Shown: in pieces, positions 16,333 through 23,569 of the stretch
How the letters are laid out: each line of letters starts with the position of its first letter
Numbering within the stretch: the stretch's first letter is position 1
Assembly: GCA_903925435.1 (NCBI GenBank)
Contig: CAIYFF010000072.1
Coordinates: 1 to 27,986 of the forward strand
Reading direction: 5' to 3'
DNA length: 27,986 bases
Source of the DNA: an uncultured Planctomycetota bacterium
GTDB lineage: Bacteria > Planctomycetota > UBA1135 > UBA2386
The notes under the pieces: model-generated
Database searches by the model: none
What the model saw: only the letters and a program-made list of their open reading frames with translations
What the model was told of the DNA's origin: nothing
Translations under genes and position numbers: made by a program

Positions 16333-17037
16333 TCAGCGCGCTGCGTCGTCGTCGCTCTGTTCGTCGTCTTCGTCTTCTTCGTCGAGGTCGTCGTCGTCCT
16401 CGAACTCGTCGTCGTCGAGGTCGCCGTCCTCGCTGTCTTCCTCGTCGAGGTCCAAGTCGTCCTCGAACCCTTCCTCGAGGTCGTCCTCGAACGCGTCCGC
16501 TTCCGCCGCAGCCACCGCGGGATCCTCGCCGCCCTTCGTCATCAGTTGGCGAAACCGCTCGTCGTTGCGCACCGAGTCCAAGTCAGGCTCGTCATGGAGC
16601 ATGTCGCGGAAGCTCGCGTCGATGCCGCAGGCGATCGTCACTTCGTCCAGCGCGCGCTCTGGTTCGCTGGCAAGCGCGAGGTAGCAGCCGAGATTGAAGT
16701 GGCCGATCGCCGACTTCGCGTCGCGTTCGAGCAGTTGCTCCATGCAGCGGATCGCTCCGGGCAGATCCTTGAGCCGCTTCCTGCACCATGCCTCGGTCAG
16801 GTCGAGCCACTCGAGGTCGTGTTCCTTCTCGCGGAGCATCGCGATGTCGATCAGCGCTTCCTTGTGCCGCTTCAGGCCCACGTAGGCGCGAACGCGCAGC
16901 GTGACGGCGACGATCGCAGCCTGCGGGTCGTCGAGCAGCGGTTGCAGGCGTTCGAGCGCGCGCTCAGGGCAGCGCAAGTCGAGCCAGCCGTCGATCTCGG
17001 CGACGAGGCGCTCTAGATGCTGCGGAATGGAGTCCAC
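16333..17037 (-). CDS. TPR-like helical protein with very acidic C-terminal tail, 234 aa
   Basis: Helical repeats (ALERL.., EAWCRKR..DL.GAI.CME.LL); terminal TPR signature HFNLGCY.AL......AL......IDASF......EPDLDSVR.D.RF..L; 38 of 53 tail residues are D/E. Confidence 0.8.
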   Translation of the reverse strand: MDSIPQHLERLVAEIDGWLDLRCPERALERLQPLLDDPQAAIVAVTLRVRAYVGLKRHKEALIDIAMLREKEHDLEWLDLTEAWCRKRLKDLPGAIRCMEQLLERDAKSAIGHFNLGCYLALASEPERALDEVTIACGIDASFRDMLHDEPDLDSVRNDERFRQLMTKGGEDPAVAAAEADAFEDDLEEGFEDDLDLDEEDSEDGDLDDDEFEDDDDLDEEDEDDEQSDDDAAR

Positions 17038-17088
17038 GGCCGTTCGAGTGTGCGAGGAGGCGCAGGCGGGCGCAAGGCGCGCGTGCCG

Positions 17089-18162
17089 CTACGCGAGGGT
17101 CTCGTGGCCGCGCGCACGCAGCGGAGCCACGCGCAACAACTGGCCGTTCTCGATCAGCGCCGCGTCGTCCGCGAGGTTGACGGTCGGACACACGTGCCGT
17201 GGAACGAGGCGCAAGAGCGTGCCGATCGGCGGCGCGGTTCCTCGTTCTACGACCATGGGCAAGTGCTCTTCGCTCGGCTTCAGCGCGCGCAGCGCATACT
17301 GCCCCATGGCGCGCGCGCACGGATCGCCGGCGGCGGCGTCGAGCGCCTTGCTCCCGGCGTCGACGGTGATGCGATCCTTCGTCGGCGCGGACACCACGCG
17401 CGCTTGCACCTGCACCGCGCACGCAAAACCATCGATGCCGAGTTCGCTGCTGCGCGTGTCCCAGTAGACGACGGTGCCCGGGCTCACGGCATGGTGGAAC
17501 GCGGAGAACGGCTCGTAGGCGAGCGCGATCGGAAACGTCGGCGTGCCGCTGGTGACGAGCTCTCCTGGGTTCTGCAGCGTGCGAGCGAGCGCCACCAATT
17601 CCGCGTAGATCGCGCGCGCAGCAGCCGCGCGTTCTTGCAGCGAGCCGCTGTGCAGATGGCCCTCGTAGCAGTGCAGCCCGCGGAACGATTCCGCCGCGGC
17701 TTCGACGACGGCGAGCGCGCGCTCACGTTCGCGCAGAGGAACGCCAGATCGCATGTAGCCAGGGTCGAGATCGACGAACACACCGAGGCCGGATTCGCGC
17801 ACGAGCTTCGCGTGCGATGGATCCTCGCTGAGGAGCGACACGCGGTGCTTCGGATGGGCGCGCTGCAGCGCTGCCGCGCGCGCGAGGTTGGCTCCGTGCT
17901 GCGACATCGCGAACAGCACGTCGATCACGCGGTCGCCAGCTTGCTCGAGCAGCAGCGCGCACTCGCGCGTGGTCGACGCCTTGAACTTGCGCACGCCTGC
18001 TTCGAGCAGCAGTTCGAACACCTCGGTCGACTTGCACGTCTTCACGTGCGGTCGCCATCGATGCATCGCGCCGTCGAGGTAGTGCCGCATCGTGGCAAGG
18101 TTGTGCCGCACTGCGTCGAGGTCGATGAGCAGGGTAGGCGTTTGGAGGTCTTCGATGCGCAT
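17089..18162 (-). CDS. Fold-type III PLP enzyme, DSD1/D-threonine aldolase (alanine racemase-like) family, 357 aa
   Basis: ATG 18162; TPTLLIDLDAV..N; RPHVKTCK (PLP lysine); DLDPG..RSGV; YEGH; SGTPTF; SPGT.VYWD; VDAGSK; SEEH; metal-binding PRHVCPTVNL. Confidence 0.88.
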   Translation of the reverse strand: MRIEDLQTPTLLIDLDAVRHNLATMRHYLDGAMHRWRPHVKTCKSTEVFELLLEAGVRKFKASTTRECALLLEQAGDRVIDVLFAMSQHGANLARAAALQRAHPKHRVSLLSEDPSHAKLVRESGLGVFVDLDPGYMRSGVPLRERERALAVVEAAAESFRGLHCYEGHLHSGSLQERAAAARAIYAELVALARTLQNPGELVTSGTPTFPIALAYEPFSAFHHAVSPGTVVYWDTRSSELGIDGFACAVQVQARVVSAPTKDRITVDAGSKALDAAAGDPCARAMGQYALRALKPSEEHLPMVVERGTAPPIGTLLRLVPRHVCPTVNLADDAALIENGQLLRVAPLRARGHETLA

Positions 18163-18172
18163 GGGGGTGGTC

Positions 18173-18898
18173 TCAGATCGCGCCTGTGCGCTGCAGGAAC
18201 GCTTCCATGCGCGCGAGGATGTCGCCGATCTCTTGATTGAGGCGGTGGTTGCCGTTCGGCACGACCCACAGCTCCTTGTGTCCAATGGGCAGCGCTGCGA
18301 AGAACGCTTCGCTGAGGCGCGTCGGCACCAGTTCGTCGTGGGTGCCGTGTGCGACAAACACTGGCATCGGCAGCTTGTGGGGCAGCGATTCCTCGTCGTG
18401 CGAAGCCGCATCCATCAGCGCGCGTTCGTGCACGAAGAACTGCTTGCCCTCGCTGGTCTGCATGCGACCTTGCGCATCGAGCCGTTGGCGCATGCGCGGC
18501 AAGAAGCCGAATGCGGGCGCGAGCAACACAAGCGCAACGACATCGTTGGGCCGCGACGCCGCGAGGTGCGCGGCGACGAGCGCGCCGAGGCTCGATCCGA
18601 CGAGGATCGAGGGCCCGGCGAGGTCGAGCACGAGGCTGGCATCGACGAGCAGTTCGGACATCGTCACGACGCCGATCGTGCCCGTCGAATCGCCGTGGCC
18701 GCGGAAGTCGAATCGCGTGAACGCGCGGCCTTGTCGCTGCGCGTGCGCAAACAGCGCGTTGCTCTTCTCCCCTTGGCGCACCGAGCCGAGCCCGTGCAAG
18801 AACACGTAGCCCGGCGAGGTCCCTGCGCGCCGTTCGACCACCACGCGCTCGCCGGGCGCGGGCTGTAGGACCGTGGTGGTCGTCGGCGCAGGCTTCAC
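18173..18898 (-). CDS. Alpha/beta hydrolase (ABHD10-like esterase), 241 aa
   Basis: GTG overlapping the greA TGA (GTGA 18895-18898); FLHGLGS...G.K; RFDFRGHGDS.G; nucleophile elbow VGSSLG; HGTHDELVP; NGNHRL. Confidence 0.88.
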   Translation of the reverse strand: MKPAPTTTTVLQPAPGERVVVERRAGTSPGYVFLHGLGSVRQGEKSNALFAHAQRQGRAFTRFDFRGHGDSTGTIGVVTMSELLVDASLVLDLAGPSILVGSSLGALVAAHLAASRPNDVVALVLLAPAFGFLPRMRQRLDAQGRMQTSEGKQFFVHERALMDAASHDEESLPHKLPMPVFVAHGTHDELVPTRLSEAFFAALPIGHKELWVVPNGNHRLNQEIGDILARMEAFLQRTGAI

Positions 18899-21078
18899 AC
18901 GCGTTCGATGACGTCGATGCGCACGGTAACCGGACCGGCGGGCGACGGAACTTCGCCGGACTCGCCGACCGACAGGCCGAGGATGCCCTTCGCGATCGGA
19001 GCGCGGTAGTTGATCGTGTGGTCGTCGATGACGTCCCACGGACCGAGCACCGCGTAGGTGCGCTGCTTGCCGTTCGCTTCCTCGGTGAAGGTCACGCGCG
19101 TGCCGGGTGCGACCACATCGCCAGTGACAGCCTGGTCCTCGATCAGCTTCGCCATGCGGATCTGCTGATCCATGTCGGTGGCGCGCGTCGTCAGGTTGCG
19201 CTGCTCCTCCATGGCGGACTCCCACTCGCTGTTCTCGCTGAGATCGCCGAGCGAAGCCGCGGCGCCGATGGCCGTGCTGTTCGCTGGGATCTTCTCTTCG
19301 ACGAGGACGCGGTAGTCGTCCTTGATGCGCTTGAGGCCGGCGATCGTCGTGAAGACCGCGTCCTCGCGCTCCCAGAACGGCTTCTCGTTCTTCGCGGCGA
19401 GTTCCGGATACTTGTCGGCGACCGCGCGGAGGATCAGGTTGCTGATCTCCGAAGGGAAGTCCTCGCCGCCGCGCTCGCTGATGCCGAGGTAGTTGCCAAG
19501 GTCGTCCTTGCTGATCGTCGCCAGCGAGCGGTGCAGGAAGCCGCGCTTGCCGGTGAGCAGGCTCGTGAGGCGCGACAGCAGTCGGCCCTGGAACACGTTG
19601 CCCTTGCGCTCGGCGGAGAGCACGCGCGCGAGGTGCATCAGCACGCGGCCCACGGTGACGTCATCCGGCTTGTCGTCGCGCTTGTCGAACGTGCCGTCCG
19701 AGAACGCGCGGCCGAGCAGGTAGGTCAGCAACGGGAAGCGGCGGGGGTATGGCGCGACGCGGTCCCAGACGTCCATCAGTCGTTCGCCGCACTTGGCGTC
19801 GACGATCGACTGCACGACGTTCTCGACCACCGAGTTCGGCACATCGGGCAGCACGGACAGCGTGCGGTCGATCCAGTGCTCACCGATCGCTTCGGGCAGC
19901 AGCTTCACTGCGTGCTCGCGCGACAGTTGCGTGGCGAGGCGATCCAGCGCCGCTGCATGCAGCGCGCCATCCGGGCCGACCAGCAGCGCGCGGAGTTCGA
20001 CTGCCGCCGACGTGCTGCACTTCCGGCCGTGTTCCTCGAGGAACAGGATGCCGTCGAGGATGTGCGCGTGGTTGTCCTTCTTGTGGCCCAGGCTCTCGTC
20101 GACCGTCTTTTGAGCGACGTCGAGGATCTGAGCGCGGACTTCATCGTCCTGGCCGCGCGCGAGGTAGTCGCGCAGCACGGCGATGCGATCGCCGAGGCTG
20201 TTCTCGTGCTTGAGCGCCGCCGCTGCTTCTTCTGCGAGGCCCACTGGCCGGTCGCGCAACACGAAGGAGGGGCGCGTCGCGGTGCCTTCTGCCTTGAGCC
20301 ACGGATCCTTGGTCGCGGCGAGCTTCGCGCGCTTCCAGTAGCCGGCCCATGCCTTCTCCTCGATCACCGAGGGGATGAGCTCGTTCTTGAGTTGCTGGCT
20401 CGAGACCGTGCCGCGATAGAGCTTCGCGACGATGCGGATCAGTCGCGACGGATCCTTCTCGGCAAAGGTCTTGAGGTCCGCCATGCGCAGCAACTTCATC
20501 GCGCGCAGGTCCTCGGGATCGAGCGGCTTGAAGCGGTCGATCACCGTGTCGATGGGGAACGACTCCTTGCGGCCCGATGCGAACTGAACGGAGAGCTCGC
20601 CTTGCTCTGCTTGGAACTCGAGCACAACGCCCTCGCCCCAACCTGCCGCGTGGTAGACCACGTGGCCCTTGGTGAAGCGGCGCAGGCGGTCGAACTCGAG
20701 CAGCGCTTGCGCATTGACGGACGAACCGTCGATGCCGGCGCGCTGGCGCATCGCGTCCCACCAGTTCTCTTCCGAGAACTGCTGCTCCAGCAGTGCGAGC
20801 AGGCGCTTGGCGAGCGCTTCGTTGTGCGCTCCGCGCTTGACCACGCGCGTCGCGAGATCGATCGCTGGTATCAACGTCGAGGCCGAGGCAAGCGCCTCGA
20901 TCATCATGTTGGCCAGCGCGAACGCGCGCCCGGACTGGGCTTGGTCGCAGAGGCAGTCGACAACGCCCAGATACTGCTGGATCGCGTCGGGTTTGGGCGT
21001 CTTGACCGCCTGCTCCCAGGCGGTTTCGAGCGAATCGAGCTGGAGGGAACGTGCGAGGTGGACGAGGTCGGTCGTCAA
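18895..21078 (-). CDS. greA: Long-form GreA/GreB-family transcript cleavage factor (about 575-aa N-terminal extension plus GreA domain); start uncertain, TTG 21078 preferred
   Basis: C-terminal domain has IPAN..AI..A...GDLSENSEW.SA.EEQ, V..GT.V, Y.VLGPWD, INY.APIAKGILG..VG. The N-terminal part is a continuous well-biased ORF. Sequence upstream of 21078 looks non-coding. Confidence 0.88.
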   Translation of the reverse strand: MTTDLVHLARSLQLDSLETAWEQAVKTPKPDAIQQYLGVVDCLCDQAQSGRAFALANMMIEALASASTLIPAIDLATRVVKRGAHNEALAKRLLALLEQQFSEENWWDAMRQRAGIDGSSVNAQALLEFDRLRRFTKGHVVYHAAGWGEGVVLEFQAEQGELSVQFASGRKESFPIDTVIDRFKPLDPEDLRAMKLLRMADLKTFAEKDPSRLIRIVAKLYRGTVSSQQLKNELIPSVIEEKAWAGYWKRAKLAATKDPWLKAEGTATRPSFVLRDRPVGLAEEAAAALKHENSLGDRIAVLRDYLARGQDDEVRAQILDVAQKTVDESLGHKKDNHAHILDGILFLEEHGRKCSTSAAVELRALLVGPDGALHAAALDRLATQLSREHAVKLLPEAIGEHWIDRTLSVLPDVPNSVVENVVQSIVDAKCGERLMDVWDRVAPYPRRFPLLTYLLGRAFSDGTFDKRDDKPDDVTVGRVLMHLARVLSAERKGNVFQGRLLSRLTSLLTGKRGFLHRSLATISKDDLGNYLGISERGGEDFPSEISNLILRAVADKYPELAAKNEKPFWEREDAVFTTIAGLKRIKDDYRVLVEEKIPANSTAIGAAASLGDLSENSEWESAMEEQRNLTTRATDMDQQIRMAKLIEDQAVTGDVVAPGTRVTFTEEANGKQRTYAVLGPWDVIDDHTINYRAPIAKGILGLSVGESGEVPSPAGPVTVRIDVIERV

Positions 21079-21170
21079 AGTCAGACCATCCAGAAGGCGG
21101 TTGAGCGGCAGAAGGGCGGAGGAATGTAGCGACGACCTCGACGCCACGAAAGCCTGCGCACGCGGAAGGT

Positions 21171-21273
21171 CGCGTGGGTTCTGACCTTTCTCTCCCTCTC
21201 TTCTTCGTCCCACGCGCGTCGCGCGTCGCCGTTCCAGGCGCAGCAGCGATCGGGCTACGCGCCGGATCGCTGC
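21171..21273 (-). promoter_or_regulatory. Structured region upstream of greA: 8-bp stem around a 30-nt purine-rich loop, plus a 9-bp hairpin
   Basis: CGCGTGGG/CCCACGCG at 21171-21178/21209-21216 encloses the minus-strand loop ACGAAGAAGAGAGGGAGAGAAAGGTCAGAA; GCAGCGATC/GATCGCTGC at 21243-21251/21265-21273. Confidence 0.4.
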
Positions 21274-21286
21274 CGCAATCGACCGA

Positions 21287-21967
21287 TCACTCCGCGAGGC
21301 GGGCGATCAGCGTGCTGATGTCCGTAGTCGCGCAGGCTTCGTCGTAGGTCGCGAGTTCGACCTGGTCGAGCACTTCGTCCGGCGCGATCAGGATCACGTA
21401 GTACTCCTGTCCGTATTGGCGGCGGAACGCGACGATCTTCGGCAGGATCGGGTTTTTGAGGTCCTCGACGGTCTCGATCACGACGCTCTTGCCTTCGCGG
21501 CCGCGGCCGCGGAGCACGATCATCGGCGCGTAGGCCGCGACCTGCTTCTCCAGCACCGACACTTCGAAGTGCCGCGGCGTGTGGCTGTGCGCGACGCCGG
21601 CGTGGCCGAGGCGATCGCAGACGTTCTGCTCCAGCGAGCTCCCGAGCATGCGGCCGCCGCAGCGACCGTAGCCAAAGCCATGGCCGGCGCCGTGCACGCC
21701 GAGGACGTCATCCTCGTCGTCCATCGGTTGGAAGCCGCGCGGGATGTAGGCAGGCGGCTGCGGGCGCGCCGGGCGAGATGGCGACTTGGTGGTGCCGCGC
21801 TGCGCCATGGGCTGTGCTTTTGCTGGGCTCTTGCCGGCCTCGGGCTTCCTTGGCGTCGCCTTCTCCTCCTTCTTGGGAGCCGCTGGCTTGATGCGGGCGG
21901 TCTCCGTCTTGGCGGGCTTCTTGGCCTTGGGCTTCTGCGAGGACTTGCTGGGGGTCTTGGTGGGCAT
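21287..21967 (-). CDS. Hypothetical protein: Lys/Pro-rich disordered N-terminus plus degenerate PD-(D/E)xK nuclease-like domain, 226 aa
   Basis: ATG 21967; 15 Lys in the first 61 aa; C-terminal pattern SSLE..V...L...GV.....P..F.......YAPMIVL......VIETV aligns by eye with S..E...A..L...GI.Y.YEP..F....Y.PDF.L....IE.K. Confidence 0.8.
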   Translation of the reverse strand: MPTKTPSKSSQKPKAKKPAKTETARIKPAAPKKEEKATPRKPEAGKSPAKAQPMAQRGTTKSPSRPARPQPPAYIPRGFQPMDDEDDVLGVHGAGHGFGYGRCGGRMLGSSLEQNVCDRLGHAGVAHSHTPRHFEVSVLEKQVAAYAPMIVLRGRGREGKSVVIETVEDLKNPILPKIVAFRRQYGQEYYVILIAPDEVLDQVELATYDEACATTDISTLIARLAE

Positions 21968-22112
21968 ATTCGTTCGGCAGTCCTAGGTGGTTCTACGGCA
22001 GTGAGTTACGTCAGATGATGGCCGCTGTTTTGCCGCCATCGGTCCTGGTTTCCCGTCTGTCGAGTACCGCAGTCGGTTGGTCTGAACCCCCTCCGTGGAG
22101 ATTCGAGCGGAC

Positions 22113-22140
22113 ATTCTAGCGAGCGTTGCCATGGCGGGAA
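22113..22140 (-). promoter_or_regulatory. Candidate promoter TTCCCG-N16-TAGAAT for the long minus-strand gene run
   Basis: -10 is a 5/6 match, -35 is weak; lies in the divergent gap 21968-22264. Confidence 0.3.
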
Positions 22141-22264
22141 GGCCCCCAGGCATGGCCGGATGGCTTAGGCAGAGCGCCCGAGTCGCTGCACTGCGGCCTT
22201 TCCCCCCTCAAGAACGCGACTTCAGTCCGCCGATCCAGCCCCGTCAATCATCAGGCCTAGGGGA

Positions 22265-23569
22265 ATGGACGACATACGGCTCGGCTCGCTTCTGCTCGAG
22301 AGCAAGATCATCCGGGAAGCCGACCTCGAGAAGTGTCTCGAGGTCCAGGCTCTCACCGGCAACACCCGCACGGTGGGGCAGATCCTGCTGGAGCAGGGCC
22401 GCATCGACCGCGCCACGCTCGACCGGCTCGTCCAGCTGCAGGAAGCGCGCTGCGCCGTTCGCGACATTGCGCCGCCCGATGCCGCCGAGGTGATGAGCGA
22501 GAGCCTGCTGGAGTCCGCGGTCCGCAGCGGCGCGCGCGACCTCGTGATCAGCGAGGGCCGGCCGGTGATGGTCCGCCAGGCCGCGAATTGGCGGCCGCTC
22601 ACGAGCGAGCCCGTGCGGAGCCCCGAGGTCTGGGACTTCGTTCGCCGCGAGATGGGCGCCTCAGTGCTCGAAGAGTTGGCGGACCGGCAGTTCGTCGTTC
22701 GCGACCTGAAGCGTCCGGGCGTGTGCCGCGGCCGCATCACCGCGATGCGCCACACCGACGGCGTTGCCGTGATGGCTGAATTGCGGCCTGAGACGGTCGC
22801 GACGATGACCGAACTCGGCGTGCCCGACGCGGTGTCGTCGTTGCTCACCAATGCTCGAGGCCTCGTGCTGTTTGTCGGCGAGCGCGGCGAAGGCCGCAGC
22901 GAACTGCTCGCGAGCGTGCTCGCGGAGATGGCCAAGGAGCAAGGCCGCTACGTGGTGTCGCTCGACGACACGCTCGATGCGCCCCTGCCGCAGGGCGGAG
23001 CGCTCGTGACGCGACGTCGCATCGGCGAACACGCGACGGACTATGCATCGGGCCTGCGCACCACGCTGCGCGAGGACCCGGATGCGATCCTGCTCGGCTC
23101 GGTGGACGACGCGGACACGTTCGATCTCGCGCTCCGCGCGGCGGAAGGCGGCCGCCTCGTCGTCGGTTGGATGAGCGCGAAGTCGGTGGTCGCATGCCTG
23201 CGCCGCGGGCTGTGCTTCTACCCCGCGGTGGATCAACCGCGCGTGCGTCAGAGCCTCGCCAACGCATTGCGCGCAGTCTGCGTGCGGCATCTCGTCGTCA
23301 GCAAGGCGGGCGACAGCATGGTGCCCGTCACAGAGTGGATGTCGGTAGGCGACGCCGCGCGCGACGTGCTGCGCCATGGAGAACTCGACAGCCTCACGAT
23401 GCTGATGCGCGTGGAAGGCAACGACAACGGCTCGTCGCTCGACCAGCGACTGTGCGTGCTTGCGAAGGACTCGCAGATCCGCGTCGAGGACGCCTATGCG
23501 CGCGCGGAGGACAAGGCATGGTTGCTCGATCGACTGGGCACCGGATCGAACCAGGGGGTGACGCTGTGA
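22265..23569 (+). CDS. PilT/PilU-like secretion ATPase homolog, degenerate, with N-terminal tandem MshEN-like motif, 434 aa
   Basis: SD-like AGGGGA then ATG; PilT layout (DL.I..G.P.MVR, GLVLF.G..G.G, LREDPDAILLG, ALRAAE.G.LV, VR..LA..L.AV....L, EW......R..L..G, SLDQ.L..L.....I..EDA...A.D). Walker A reads GERGEGRS and Walker B reads ILLGS. Confidence 0.85.
   Translation: MDDIRLGSLLLESKIIREADLEKCLEVQALTGNTRTVGQILLEQGRIDRATLDRLVQLQEARCAVRDIAPPDAAEVMSESLLESAVRSGARDLVISEGRPVMVRQAANWRPLTSEPVRSPEVWDFVRREMGASVLEELADRQFVVRDLKRPGVCRGRITAMRHTDGVAVMAELRPETVATMTELGVPDAVSSLLTNARGLVLFVGERGEGRSELLASVLAEMAKEQGRYVVSLDDTLDAPLPQGGALVTRRRIGEHATDYASGLRTTLREDPDAILLGSVDDADTFDLALRAAEGGRLVVGWMSAKSVVACLRRGLCFYPAVDQPRVRQSLANALRAVCVRHLVVSKAGDSMVPVTEWMSVGDAARDVLRHGELDSLTMLMRVEGNDNGSSLDQRLCVLAKDSQIRVEDAYARAEDKAWLLDRLGTGSNQGVTL

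Noticed and set aside
16340-16500. Repetitive GTC/CTC-rich DNA that looks like a short tandem repeat or array
   Set aside because: Fully explained by Asp/Glu codons of the acidic tail; there is no repeat-spacer structure, so it is not CRISPR or a VNTR.
22265-23569. Calling the first PilT-like gene a pseudogene
   Set aside because: There is no frameshift or internal stop, the length and codon bias are normal, and coupling to the next gene is intact. The changes concentrate on catalytic residues, which fits a pseudoenzyme better.
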